The notes: generated from the sequence alone by a model not told the origin. Positions 9,702 to 20,465 are shown, counted from the first letter of the stretch. The stretch is 64,000 nucleotides of DNA from Opitutales bacterium (GCA_965226205.1 CBDDCJ010000026.1:131321-195320); one strand, 5' to 3'. Program-made: numbers and translations.

Positions 9702-10706
9702 TTACTCGTATTTAAGTTTCGGGTTCATGATGACCTGCACGATGTCCACCAGTAAATTCATGATGATGATAAAAAAGGCGTAAAAAAGGACCGTCCCCAG
9801 GACCATGGTATAATCGCGGTTGAAGGCGGAATTGATAAAATGGCGGCCCAAACCGGGAATTTGGAAAATGGTCTCGATGACGAAGGAACCGCTAATCATG
9901 CCCGCCAGGGCCGGCCCCATAAAGGATACGACCGGAAGCAAACCGCCCTTGAGGGAGTGCTTGATGATAACTTTGGACTCCGGCACGCCCTTGGCCCGTG
10001 CGGTGCGAATGAAATCCTGGGATAATATCTCGAGCATTCCACCGCGAGTGAGGCGGGCCACATAGGCCGCATAAAAAAGGCCGAGGGTGAGAGAAGGAAG
10101 AATGATGTCGCTCCAGGTAAACCACCCGGACACGTTGACCCAGCCCAGCCAGAGACCGAAAACCAGGGCCAGGATGGGACCCATGACAAAGGTGGGCAGG
10201 CATATCCCGACCATGGCCAGAGACATGGGCACATAGTCCAGGGCGGTGTTTTTGCCGATGGAGGCGATGATTCCGGCCGGAACGCCCAGACACAGGGCAA
10301 CAGCCAGAGCCACCAGGCCCAGCTTCATGGAAACCGGGAAAGATTCGGCAATGAGTTCGTTCACGGTGCGCCCTTCGTATTTATAGGAAGGCCCCAGATC
10401 GATGCCGAATAGGTCTTTGAGGTTAAAATTGAAAACTCGCCGCCCCGACATCTCATCATAAACAAAGAGTTTGAGAGGATTGAATTTTTTGGGGCAGAGT
10501 TTGACCAGATAATTCCAGTATTGCACAGGCAGGGGATCGTTGAGCCCGTAATACTCGTTCATCTTTTCGAGGATTTCCGGCCTTACGTTGCGCTCCTGGC
10601 TGAAAGGGCCGCCCGGGGCGGCATGGACCATAAAAAAAGTCATCGTGGCAATGGCCAGCAACACCGGAATGATCTGAAGAAAACGATAAAGGATGAACTT
10701 TAACAT
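9702..10706 (-). CDS. oppB: Oligopeptide ABC transporter permease
   Basis: APGGPF, DLGPSYKY, DFIRTARAKG, ETIFQIPGLG, NRDY. Confidence 0.95.
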   Translation of the reverse strand: MLKFILYRFLQIIPVLLAIATMTFFMVHAAPGGPFSQERNVRPEILEKMNEYYGLNDPLPVQYWNYLVKLCPKKFNPLKLFVYDEMSGRRVFNFNLKDLFGIDLGPSYKYEGRTVNELIAESFPVSMKLGLVALAVALCLGVPAGIIASIGKNTALDYVPMSLAMVGICLPTFVMGPILALVFGLWLGWVNVSGWFTWSDIILPSLTLGLFYAAYVARLTRGGMLEILSQDFIRTARAKGVPESKVIIKHSLKGGLLPVVSFMGPALAGMISGSFVIETIFQIPGLGRHFINSAFNRDYTMVLGTVLFYAFFIIIMNLLVDIVQVIMNPKLKYE

Positions 10707-10773
10707 ACCCTGAGCTACGCGCTACATTGGCCCCGGCCTTTGCCTTAAACGAAAACCGGCCTTGTTGTTTTTC

Positions 10774-12426
10774 TCACTCATCCAGATCAAAATAAATATA
10801 CTTGTAGGGCCGGTTATCGAGCAATTTTGGATTCCAGTTTTTCACTATGGGATCGAGTAAATAAACCCGAGTGTACCAATAAATCGGCACGATGGGAACC
10901 TCTGTGAGAAGGAGTTTTTCGGCATTTTCCAGCGCCGTGAAGTGTTCTTCGGGACTATTGGCTTGTTTGGCCCGGTTGATCAGCCGGTCATATTTTGGGT
11001 TGGACCAGCCGGTGTCATTGTTTCCGTTGCCGGTGGTATACATGTCCAGAAAGGTAATGGGGTCGGTAAAATCGGCGATCCAGCCCGAACGCGATATGTC
11101 GTATTGCAGGTTGGTCTGGGCATCGAGGTAAACCTTCCATTCCTGGTTGGAAATGGTAATCGGTATATTCAGGTTTTTGCGCCACATTTCCTGGATGGCT
11201 TCACCGATTTTTTTATGATTTTCCGATGTGTTGATGAGGATATCCATGGGCGGAAACCCCTCTCCGTTGGGGAAACCGGCTTCAGCCAGCAATGCCTTGG
11301 CTTTTTCCACATCGTAGCTCAATGGTTGCGGGGTTGAATAACCCGACATGCCGTCGGGTGTGTAGCCATAGGCGGGGCGCTGGCCTCCCCTGGTCACCTG
11401 TTCAACAAGCAGGGGGCGGTCAACTGAGAGGTTGAGGGCCATGCGCACACGAATATCATCCAACGGCGGGCGGGTCGTATTGAGGCGGTAAAAATAGACG
11501 CCGTGGTAGGGTTCGAGGTGGATGAGTTGCGGATTGTTCTCCTTATGGTAGGGAATTTTTTCAACGGGTATGGTATTGGTGTTGTGGGCTTGGCCGGCTA
11601 AAAATGTAGTCTCGTCGGTATTCGGATTTTCAATGGGGAAGAAACGAATTTCATTGAGCTTCATCATCTCGCGGTCCCAGTAAGTGGGGCTTTTGGTTAC
11701 GCGGATGATCTGGTTGACTTTCCACTCCGAGAGGACGAAGGCCCCGTTGCCGACAAAGTTTTCCGGCCGCGACCAAAGGGAAACACGGTCGTCGATATTG
11801 CCGAATTTCTCGATGGTGGCAGGATGCACGGGAAACCAGGAATAATGCTTGAGCATGGAGAGGTAATAAGGGGTCGGTCCGACCAAAGTTACCCGCAGGG
11901 TTTTATCGTCAATCGCTTTTACCCCCACCTGTTCAAAATCGGTTATCTCCCCTCGATTATAGGCTTCGCCCCCTTCAATGATGTATAGCATGTCGGCGTA
12001 CTCGGCGCCAAGATTTGGGGAGAGCATTCGTTTAAAGGAATAGACGAAATCCTGCGCCCGGACCGGATCGCCGTTGGACCAAAGGGAGTTCTGGCGTAAG
12101 AAAAAGGTCCAAATCTTGAAGTTTTCAGACGGTTCCCAGCGCTCTGCCACACCCGGTTCGGGCTTGGAGTCGTCATCCAAATGGTAGGCGATCAACCCTT
12201 CGAGGAGGGCCGAGATGATATGGTTCTCGGGAACACCGGTAACGATATGGGGATCCAGTCCCTTGGGTTCAGTGCCGTTATTGAAAAGAAGGATGCCATT
12301 GCGGGCGGCAATGATCGTAGGCCTTTCTTTTTTTCCGCAACCGAAACTTGAAAATAGAAGCCATGCGGCAAATCCGAGAAGAGGCCACATTTTTAAAAAT
12401 TTTTTGGTTTTAGCAATTTTCATCAT
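10774..12426 (-). CDS. oppA: Oligopeptide ABC transporter substrate-binding lipoprotein
   Basis: SFGC lipobox-like motif, EPKGLDP, WSNGDPV, GNGAF, RSGWIADF; start placed at ATG 12426. Confidence 0.93.
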   Translation of the reverse strand: MMKIAKTKKFLKMWPLLGFAAWLLFSSFGCGKKERPTIIAARNGILLFNNGTEPKGLDPHIVTGVPENHIISALLEGLIAYHLDDDSKPEPGVAERWEPSENFKIWTFFLRQNSLWSNGDPVRAQDFVYSFKRMLSPNLGAEYADMLYIIEGGEAYNRGEITDFEQVGVKAIDDKTLRVTLVGPTPYYLSMLKHYSWFPVHPATIEKFGNIDDRVSLWSRPENFVGNGAFVLSEWKVNQIIRVTKSPTYWDREMMKLNEIRFFPIENPNTDETTFLAGQAHNTNTIPVEKIPYHKENNPQLIHLEPYHGVYFYRLNTTRPPLDDIRVRMALNLSVDRPLLVEQVTRGGQRPAYGYTPDGMSGYSTPQPLSYDVEKAKALLAEAGFPNGEGFPPMDILINTSENHKKIGEAIQEMWRKNLNIPITISNQEWKVYLDAQTNLQYDISRSGWIADFTDPITFLDMYTTGNGNNDTGWSNPKYDRLINRAKQANSPEEHFTALENAEKLLLTEVPIVPIYWYTRVYLLDPIVKNWNPKLLDNRPYKYIYFDLDE

Positions 12427-12476
12427 ATATTCGAATATATTATTGGTTGGCCGGACCCGGACCCTTAAATGCAAAT

Positions 12477-14579
12477 TTACTCAATACCGAGCTTTTTCAA
12501 AAACGGTTTCATGGATTGTGGGCGGCCCAAAAAAGCTTCGATCGACTCGCGCACATCGCGGGAATCTCCCGTGGCGAATATCTCGTTGCGCAATCTCCGG
12601 CCCACTTTGGGGTCGAGATAGCCACCGGTAGCGCCCTCGAAAACGCTGGCCATGTCCGCGGCAATGACATCGGCCCAGGCATAACCGTAATAACCGGCGT
12701 CGTAGCCCGTGAGATGCCCAAAATAAGCGATGAAGGCGGAGTCTTCGGGCGCGGGCAAAAATGCGCTCTCAAAAAACCGGTTGGACACTTCGAGCAGGTC
12801 AAACTTCTCTCCAGCCTTTATCGGTCCGTGCAGGGACATATCCATGGTGGCAAAGAGGAGCTGCCGGCCGTAGGTCGTGGCCACAGTGGCTTTTTTGGCT
12901 TCGATTATCCGGGAGATGGTTTCGGCCGGAATTTTTTTGGAGGGATCGCGATAATCGGCGGCAAAACGGTCGAGCACTTCCTTGCTTTGCAGCCAGTATT
13001 CGAGCATTTGCGACGGGGCTTCAACAAAATCCCGGGGGACGCTGGCGCCGGAGAAGCGGTAAAATTCCGCCTGCGTCAACACGGAGTGCAGGACATGGCC
13101 GAATTCGTGAAAAAGGGTTTCCACATCGTCAGGGGAAAGCAGTGAAGGCTTATCCTTTCCCGGTGTGGGGAAATTGCAGATAAGGGCCACGGTGGGCCGC
13201 TGCCTATGGCCGTTGGGCAGGCTTCTGGCCCCAATGATGGAAAACTGGGCGAAATGGTTGTATTTACCGGGCCGGGGAAACATATCGAGGTAAAACAGGC
13301 CCAATGGTTCGCCCGTTTCCGAATCGGAAACAACGTGCAAGGTGACATCCTTGTGCCAGCGATAGGGGTTGACGATTTCCTCTATTTCAAGGCCAAAGAT
13401 TTCCTCGTAAATCCCGAACATGCCGTTGAGGGTGGCCTCGTAGGGGAAAAAGACTTTCAAGGCTTCGGCATCCACCTGATATTTCTCCTTCATAAACTGG
13501 TTGCGGTAGTAGCGCCAGTCCCAGATGTTTATTTTTGCCTTTGCATTGCCGGTATCTTTGGCCTTGAAGGACTGGAAGGCCGCTATCTCGGCCTCGAATT
13601 TTGGTTTCAGCCCGGATTCGAGGTTTTCCAGAAAGGACATGACAGTGGCCGAATTGCGGGCCATCTTGATTTCCGTCCGGTAATCGCCCCACGATGCGTA
13701 ACCCAGTTTGGAGGCAATCTGGCCGCGTATCTTTATAATCTCCTGCAGAAGTTTGACGTTCTTTTCACGGGCCAGAGAGTAGCGGGCGATCTTCATCCTC
13801 TTTCTAGTCTCCTCCTTGCGCGCATTGCGCATAACGGTTAAAAAATGCCAGGTGATGTTGGCCATGAGGGTGTATTCATCCTCGCCGGTTTTGATTCCCT
13901 CCTGGCTCAGGAGAGAGTCCGGCACACCCTCAAGCTCCACAGCCCTAAAAACAAGAGGGGCGGAGGCGTCGGCGATGTTGGTGTCGAAATCGTTGGAGAG
14001 TTCCGCCAACCGTTTGTGCAGAAGCTCTATTTCTCCTTTCACATCCTCGGGAAGATTGAAACCATTCCTCTTGTAGTCCAACAGGGTCTCTTTCAACAAT
14101 TTCGCTTTTTCACCCTCCAGTGACGGCCCGGCGCCGGCATAGCTTTTGATGGCCTCGTAAATATCTTCCCTGTAATTCAGGGAAACCTCCCATTCGTCGT
14201 ATTTTTTCAGGGCCTCGGCGGCGGCCTCCCGGATGGCCGTTTCGGGCGAGGCATTCTTCAAAATCGAGATCATACCGACATCCGATCTGATCCGAAAAAA
14301 GAGGTCGTCAAGAGCGCCGACCGTGTTTTCAAAGGAAACCTCCTCTTTTTTGAATCCGGCGATGGCATCCCCTCTCATGTCGCCCACAGCCAGATAATGA
14401 AGGATGGATTTTTCGATATCTTCCGGTGATTTGGCAAATACGGGCGCTTTTAAGACCGAATGATATTGCTGAGCCTTCTCTTGATAATGCTCGAGGGTAT
14501 TTAAGCCGGCATAAGTTTTGATCGAGGGCAGGAGCAAACCCGCCGCGAGGGACGCATATAGAAGGCGAGTAATGTTCAT
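12477..14579 (-). CDS. M3 family oligopeptidase (thimet oligopeptidase-like) with signal peptide
   Basis: FHEFGHVLH, DFVEAPSQMLE, GYDAGYYGYAW; hydrophobic N-terminus. Confidence 0.92.
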   Translation of the reverse strand: MNITRLLYASLAAGLLLPSIKTYAGLNTLEHYQEKAQQYHSVLKAPVFAKSPEDIEKSILHYLAVGDMRGDAIAGFKKEEVSFENTVGALDDLFFRIRSDVGMISILKNASPETAIREAAAEALKKYDEWEVSLNYREDIYEAIKSYAGAGPSLEGEKAKLLKETLLDYKRNGFNLPEDVKGEIELLHKRLAELSNDFDTNIADASAPLVFRAVELEGVPDSLLSQEGIKTGEDEYTLMANITWHFLTVMRNARKEETRKRMKIARYSLAREKNVKLLQEIIKIRGQIASKLGYASWGDYRTEIKMARNSATVMSFLENLESGLKPKFEAEIAAFQSFKAKDTGNAKAKINIWDWRYYRNQFMKEKYQVDAEALKVFFPYEATLNGMFGIYEEIFGLEIEEIVNPYRWHKDVTLHVVSDSETGEPLGLFYLDMFPRPGKYNHFAQFSIIGARSLPNGHRQRPTVALICNFPTPGKDKPSLLSPDDVETLFHEFGHVLHSVLTQAEFYRFSGASVPRDFVEAPSQMLEYWLQSKEVLDRFAADYRDPSKKIPAETISRIIEAKKATVATTYGRQLLFATMDMSLHGPIKAGEKFDLLEVSNRFFESAFLPAPEDSAFIAYFGHLTGYDAGYYGYAWADVIAADMASVFEGATGGYLDPKVGRRLRNEIFATGDSRDVRESIEAFLGRPQSMKPFLKKLGIE

Positions 14580-14769
14580 ATAGATTGTTTAGGATATGTT
14601 GGCCCCAGGATAAGTTCCTCTTTTTTTCGGTCTCAGGAATTAGGCTGAATTAAATCTGCAATGGCAACGGCAAAAGATGGCGGGCCGGCTATTCCACAGC
14701 CTGTTCAGCAGTCGGAAAAAATCGCTATTTATTTGAATCCATTTACTGGTAATCGAATGTCATATAAAT

Positions 14770-15510
14770 ATGAATGCCATGAATTTCACTAAAAGTTTCT
14801 CACCAATCGTCACCGGATCGCTGATTGCGATTTTGGGTTTATTCTTAACGGGCTGTGATTTCCAGTTCGGCGGGGTCAAAGGCGAGGGTGAAATAAAAGA
14901 GGAAGTGCGCTCGCTCCCGTCTTTCGACAGTATCGATTTCAGCGGGAAGGGACAAATCGCGCTCATCACTGGGGACAAGCATGAAATCCGGGTGGAAATT
15001 TATGAAAACCTTCTGCCTTTGCTCATCACCGAGGTGAAAAACAACCGATTGAAAGTAAAATTTGAAAAATCCGTGCGCAGTGATAAACCGATTCGTTTTT
15101 ATATAACAGCGCCGGAATACAAAGAACTTTCGTTCAGCGGCGGAGTTTCCGTCAAATCGGCGGGGCCTTTGGTATCGGAAATGATCGAACTGGATTTTTC
15201 CGGGGCCAGCGAAGCGATCCTGGAATTTCAAACCGATTTTCTGGAAACCTCTATTTCCGGGGCTGGAGATATGGCTTTTTCCGGCGTTGCCGAATGCCAC
15301 AAAATCGTGGTCAGCGGGGCGGGGGAAATCAGGGCCTTCGATTTGCGGACAAAAAAGACGGAATTGACCATCAGCGGGGCGGGCGACGCCGAAATTTATG
15401 CCGAGGAGGTACTTAAAGTGAAAATTTCAGGCGCGGGTGATGTGGTTTATAAAGGAGAACCCGTGGTCGAGAAAAAAATCAGCGGCGCCGGCAGCATAAA
15501 AAAATATTAG
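14770..15510 (+). CDS. Head GIN / DUF2807 lipoprotein
   Basis: LTGC lipobox; repeated SGAG units; VKGEGEIKEEVRSL. Confidence 0.85.
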   Translation: MNAMNFTKSFSPIVTGSLIAILGLFLTGCDFQFGGVKGEGEIKEEVRSLPSFDSIDFSGKGQIALITGDKHEIRVEIYENLLPLLITEVKNNRLKVKFEKSVRSDKPIRFYITAPEYKELSFSGGVSVKSAGPLVSEMIELDFSGASEAILEFQTDFLETSISGAGDMAFSGVAECHKIVVSGAGEIRAFDLRTKKTELTISGAGDAEIYAEEVLKVKISGAGDVVYKGEPVVEKKISGAGSIKKY

Positions 15511-15664
15511 ACGAACGGCCCCTGCCGGACAAGGCGTTTTCGTGTTGATTGCCGGATGGCTCCTCGGCATAGTTTTATCTGTATTGCCGGACCCAGCTTC
15601 CATTCATCCAGCTGATTGAAGAAACTCTAATCCACTGCCACTGCATCCATTGGATATCTCAACT

Positions 15665-18484
15665 ATGAAAACGATGATCAACACCCTCCAGTCGAAAATA
15701 ATTTCGACACTCTTCGGCCTCGCCCTATTGCCAACGGTTCTTGCGGGCGGGGAAACGGCGAAAATCGATGGCTACAAAAAGGTCCGGGAACTGGGCGGCA
15801 TCGAAGAATACTTGCTGGTGGAAAACGGCTTGACGGTTCTCCTCATGGAGAATCATTCGGCCCCGGTGGCGACTTTTATGGTCACCTACCTGGTGGGCTC
15901 GCGCAACGAAGTTACCGGCACAACCGGCGCCACCCATATTTTGGAGCATTTAATGTTCAAAGGAACCGAAAAATACAACAAAGACAAAGGCAATGCCCTC
16001 GTCAATAAACTGCAAAATGTGGGCGCTCTTATGAACGCCACCACCTGGTACGACCGGACAAATTATTATGCCAACCTGCCCATCGACCATTTGGAAATGG
16101 CGATCGACATCGAGGCCGACCGTATGCGTAATTTGCTCCTTCAGGACGAGGACCGGCAGGCCGAAATGACGGTCGTGCGCAACGAATTCGAGCGTGGCGA
16201 AAACGATCCCGTGCGCGGACTTTTAAAGGAGATTTACCAAACCGCATTCGTCGCCCATCCCTACCACCATTCCACCATCGGCTGGCGGTCGGATATCGAG
16301 AAGGTTCCAATCGAAAAATTGCGCCAATTTTACGACACTTTTTACTGGCCCAACAATGCGACCGTTTCAGTTATTGGTGATTTTCAAAAAAAGGAGGTCC
16401 TGGAAACGATTAGACGATACTATGGCCCGATATCATCTTCTCCCCGCCCGATCCCGGAAATGTACACGGAGGAACCCGAACAAAGAGGTCCCCGGCGGGT
16501 TGTCCTGAAACGCAACGGACAGTTGGGCGTGGTCAGCATTGCCCACAAGATTCCAGAGGGCCTGCATGAAGATACTTTTGCCCTCAGCGTGTTGGAGAGA
16601 ATACTCTCTACGGGAAAAAACAGCCGTTTTTACAGGCTTTTCGTGGATAAGGGATTGGCGGTTGATATTTTTCTCTGGAACTTTCCCTTTCACGATCCCG
16701 GCCTGTTCGCGCCATTTATTTTCATGACGCCGGGAACCTCTCATGAATCGGTGGAAAATATTATTCTGGAGGAATATGAAAATATCAAAACAAACGGCGT
16801 CACGCAGGATGAAGTGGATCGGGCCGTCCACCAGATACAGGCTGATACCGCTTATGCCCGGGATGGCTCCTTTTCCATCGCCAGCGTTCTCAATGAAACA
16901 ATCGCCATGGGAGATTGGACCTTTTATATTCGCTACCCCGAGGAAGTGGCCAAAGTCACCCCCGCCGACGTCCAGAGGGTGGCTGCAACTTATTTAGTTC
17001 AGGATCACAGCACGACCGGTTATTTCATCCCCGAGATTCCGGGCGGAAAATCCCAAGGCGATGCCGGGCCTCAACAATTTTCACCGGAAAACAGCGTCCT
17101 CTTTTACCGCGCGGAGGGCATCCCAAGAGGAACCGCATTAGCCGCCGCAGCTGTGAATTACCAAGAAACAAAAACGGGCGCGGCATCAGTTTCTAATGCA
17201 AATGCGCCGTCCTATTCCGCCGGCATTGCGCAAAAAAGCATAAACGGGATCGATGTCATCTCGATGAGAATGGAGGTTCAGGATGTGGTCACGATCAGCG
17301 GTAGTCTCCCGGCGGGCGATGTCTTCAGTCCGCAGGGCAATGCCGCCATCGCCGATCTAAGCGGCAATATGCTGGACAAGGGGACGATGCAAACGGGCAA
17401 ATTCGAGTTGGCGGAAAAACTGGAGAGAGTCGGGGCTTCCCTTAATTTCTCGGTCGGGCCGTACCTACTGAATATTGCCGGCCAGTGCCTGCAGAAAGAT
17501 TTGCCGCTGCTGGTGGACCTGTTGGCCGAACAATTGCGGGAACCGGCTTTTGAGGCGGAAGAATTGGAAAAACTTAAAAAACTGCGCGCCGGAGAACTAA
17601 AACAACTTCTGGAGGACCCCGGCCATCAGGCTTCCGATGCCCTCGGACGGCTTGTTTTTCCGCCCGGCCACCCCAATCATCACCCATCTGTTGAAGATTT
17701 AATCAAGGACCTGGAATCCGTCACGGTGGAGGATTTGCGGGCATTCCACAAATCGGTTTACGGCCCAAAATCGATGATTCTGGTGGCAGTGGGCGACTTG
17801 CGGACCGATGTTCTGCATACTACCATAAAAAGCGCCTTTAAAAAATGGCGCGGTGGCATCAAAATTCCCTCTTACGAACGTGCTGGAAAACGCAACCGAG
17901 GGCATAAAGAGACGGTTTATATGGTGGACAAACCGAGCCTAAGCGTGCGCCTGGCCATGGCCTCCGGTTTGCAGAAAAACGATCCCGATTACCTCGACCT
18001 GATGATGGGGACCTATATTTTGGGGGGAAACTTCGCCGCCCGGCTCATGCAAACGGTTCGCGATGATGAGGGCCTCACCTACGGCATAGGTTCACGGCTG
18101 AGCGACGACCTCTACAGCGACGGTCTCTGGCGGATCAGCGCCACTTTCGCTCCGCAACTGCTGGAGAAGGGCCTCGCCTCGACCCATAAGCAATTGAACC
18201 TCTGGTATCAGGAAGGAGTTTCGGAAGAGGAATTGAAAGCCAAAAAGACCACCTTGATCGGCTCTTACAAGGTGCGGCTGGCCACAACAGGCGGTATGGC
18301 TGGGAGAATCCACTCGTTCGCCCAAATGGGACGCCCCGTGAGTTATCTGGACCAATACCCCAAAGACCTCGAGGCGATCCAGCTCGAAGCCGTAAATGCC
18401 GCCATAAAGCGCTATTTGAACCCCGAAGACATGATCACCGTAATGGCCGGAAGCGTGGAGCCAGAGGTAACGCCGAGCGAGTAA
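15665..18484 (+). CDS. M16 (pitrilysin/PqqL-like) zinc protease with signal peptide
   Basis: Inverted zinc motif HILEH, NATTWYDRTNY, duplicated M16 halves, VRDDEGLTYG. Confidence 0.92.
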   Translation: MKTMINTLQSKIISTLFGLALLPTVLAGGETAKIDGYKKVRELGGIEEYLLVENGLTVLLMENHSAPVATFMVTYLVGSRNEVTGTTGATHILEHLMFKGTEKYNKDKGNALVNKLQNVGALMNATTWYDRTNYYANLPIDHLEMAIDIEADRMRNLLLQDEDRQAEMTVVRNEFERGENDPVRGLLKEIYQTAFVAHPYHHSTIGWRSDIEKVPIEKLRQFYDTFYWPNNATVSVIGDFQKKEVLETIRRYYGPISSSPRPIPEMYTEEPEQRGPRRVVLKRNGQLGVVSIAHKIPEGLHEDTFALSVLERILSTGKNSRFYRLFVDKGLAVDIFLWNFPFHDPGLFAPFIFMTPGTSHESVENIILEEYENIKTNGVTQDEVDRAVHQIQADTAYARDGSFSIASVLNETIAMGDWTFYIRYPEEVAKVTPADVQRVAATYLVQDHSTTGYFIPEIPGGKSQGDAGPQQFSPENSVLFYRAEGIPRGTALAAAAVNYQETKTGAASVSNANAPSYSAGIAQKSINGIDVISMRMEVQDVVTISGSLPAGDVFSPQGNAAIADLSGNMLDKGTMQTGKFELAEKLERVGASLNFSVGPYLLNIAGQCLQKDLPLLVDLLAEQLREPAFEAEELEKLKKLRAGELKQLLEDPGHQASDALGRLVFPPGHPNHHPSVEDLIKDLESVTVEDLRAFHKSVYGPKSMILVAVGDLRTDVLHTTIKSAFKKWRGGIKIPSYERAGKRNRGHKETVYMVDKPSLSVRLAMASGLQKNDPDYLDLMMGTYILGGNFAARLMQTVRDDEGLTYGIGSRLSDDLYSDGLWRISATFAPQLLEKGLASTHKQLNLWYQEGVSEEELKAKKTTLIGSYKVRLATTGGMAGRIHSFAQMGRPVSYLDQYPKDLEAIQLEAVNAAIKRYLNPEDMITVMAGSVEPEVTPSE

Positions 18485-18840
18485 AACGCAGCGCGCAAAA
18501 AGTTTGTCCACTGGGCTGCCCGAAGACGGGACTTGAGAGTAGGAATGAGAAAAATTGCACCAAAGGATCCGACGGCCTTTTACGAACAATGGCGTATTTT
18601 TTAGGCGCTAGGACACCATCAACCGCCGGATCCCTCAGTGCCAATATAACCACCAGATCGGCTGACATTCCTTATCATAGTGATTATATTGCTGAGTCTG
18701 CTAAACAGTGGGGTTATTTCTGTTGCAGACTGAATAAAACATATTTTGGTAAATTAAAAGAAAATTTATCAATTAAATGGCATTTTTTTGAATCCCCAAC
18801 CCCATCAGGCGCATCAAAACAGGAAAAACCAAAAGAAAAC

Positions 18841-19491
18841 ATGTCTAGAATTCATTTTATTTTTCTCTGTCTCGGCCTGATTATCGCTTTCTTGGCTCCG
18901 CAAGGGGCCCCTTCGGCCTCGGCCCAGGAAGAGGAAAACGAGAAATTCGTCGAAGTAAAGGCCGGTACCGATGCCGATGAACCGGAACCAGTTCGGGAGG
19001 AAGACAAAGAGGATATTGTGGTCGTGGCCGGGGACGATTTTTTTGACGATTTCGACCACCATCACGGTGGAGGCGATGACGACGATCATGGATTATCCAT
19101 AGCCCTTTCCGAGGGGAGCGGGATCAAGCTGCTGACGGCGATTGTCATTTGCTCGATTATCTTTTTTTCCCCCGCAATATTTCTTGGAGTGATTCTTTAT
19201 TATTTTTACCGCCGCCGCAAGCTGTCCCACGAGACCGCCTATTTGCTGGCCGAAAAAGGCCTGGAAATCCCACCAGCGCTTCTCAGGCCGGAAAATAAGG
19301 ATTTGCGAAACGGTATTCTGTTAATTACCGGTGGAATAGGAATTTCCAGCTTTTTCCTGGCCGTAGCCGATGGCATGTGGGGTCTGGGGCTATTCCCCTT
19401 ATTCCTGGGTGTGGGCTATTTGATTGTTTGGAAACTGGGAAACAAGAACAAGACGGGTATCGCCAATGAAGCCGATATCAGGAATTTATAG
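18841..19491 (+). CDS. DUF6249-like membrane protein with acidic/His-rich N-domain
   Basis: Signal peptide, acidic region, TM, then LAEKGLEIP...KDLRNGILL and a TM hairpin. Confidence 0.7.
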   Translation: MSRIHFIFLCLGLIIAFLAPQGAPSASAQEEENEKFVEVKAGTDADEPEPVREEDKEDIVVVAGDDFFDDFDHHHGGGDDDDHGLSIALSEGSGIKLLTAIVICSIIFFSPAIFLGVILYYFYRRRKLSHETAYLLAEKGLEIPPALLRPENKDLRNGILLITGGIGISSFFLAVADGMWGLGLFPLFLGVGYLIVWKLGNKNKTGIANEADIRNL

Positions 19492-19509
19492 ACTACCAGT
19501 GGACCAGAA

Positions 19510-20052
19510 GTGCCCCTTACAGATGCAAATCTCATTGACCGGGTTCTGTATGACGACGACCTCAATGCCTTCAATGAATTGGTCCGCCGCCACCAATCGG
19601 CGGTCCGCGGATTGCACCGCAGGCTCACCAACGGCAACGAGACCCTGTCTGACGATTTGGCTCAAATCACTTTTATTCGCGCCTACCGCTCTTTGGGCAA
19701 ATTCCGGGGCAAATCCAAATTCGGCACCTGGCTCTACAGGATCGCCTACAATGTTTTTCTCAGCGAAGTCCGCCGCTCCCGGCCCCATTTGCAAATGGAA
19801 CTGGATGAAGCCATACAAGAGGATGCGCAGCCATCGCATTCCAACAAAGTCAGCCTTAAACAAGATTTGGAGGATGCCATGAAGCGATTGACAAAACCGG
19901 AGCGGGCGGCGCTATTTTTATGCTACAATGAAGGCCTTTCCCACGAAGAGGCGGCCGGGGCTTTTCACCTGCCGCTGGGCACCATAAAAACCCACATCCT
20001 GCGCGGAAAAGCGAAATTGCGCCGATACCTCAAAGACTGGGCCCCTTCCTGA
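19510..20052 (+). CDS. ECF sigma factor (sigma-70 family)
   Basis: DDLAQITF, FGTWLYRIAYN (region 2); GLSHEEAA...LGTIKTHILRGK (region 4). Confidence 0.93.
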   Translation: MPLTDANLIDRVLYDDDLNAFNELVRRHQSAVRGLHRRLTNGNETLSDDLAQITFIRAYRSLGKFRGKSKFGTWLYRIAYNVFLSEVRRSRPHLQMELDEAIQEDAQPSHSNKVSLKQDLEDAMKRLTKPERAALFLCYNEGLSHEEAAGAFHLPLGTIKTHILRGKAKLRRYLKDWAPS

Positions 20053-20096
20053 AAGCCAAATCTATTAGTTAATAGTTTAAATTGAAATGAATTTAC

Positions 20097-20465
20097 ATGA
20101 ATCCCGAAGAAAAAAATGATTGGTTGGAAAGCTGCTTGCGCGACAACGCCAGCTACATAGCCGATGACGGGTTCTCGGCCAGAGTAATGCAGACCCTGCC
20201 GCCATTGCAACCGGCCAGGGCCAGGGCCATGGTTCGGGATTGGAGGCGTTTTGCCGTATTTTCCGGAATGACGGCTCTGGCCTTCGTGGCGACCGTGTTT
20301 CAGATGCCCGATCCGGAGATAGTCCTGGCCCAGGTGACAATGGCTTTCAACCTGCAATCCCTCGGTTCCCAACTGCTTCCTTACCTCATTTTCGGCGGCG
20401 CCGCCCTCGGGGCAACAGCCATCCTCGGCTCCGGCCTGGCAGCTTTTTTGCAGGCCGATGGATGA
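20097..20465 (+). CDS. Putative membrane anti-sigma factor (DUF5056-like)
   Basis: YIADDGFSARVM motif then two TMs; directly downstream of the ECF gene. Confidence 0.65.
   Translation: MNPEEKNDWLESCLRDNASYIADDGFSARVMQTLPPLQPARARAMVRDWRRFAVFSGMTALAFVATVFQMPDPEIVLAQVTMAFNLQSLGSQLLPYLIFGGAALGATAILGSGLAAFLQADG

Noticed and set aside
10400-10520. About 25-aa extra loop in OppB
   Set aside because: This loop varies in length among OppB/DppB proteins; no further signal
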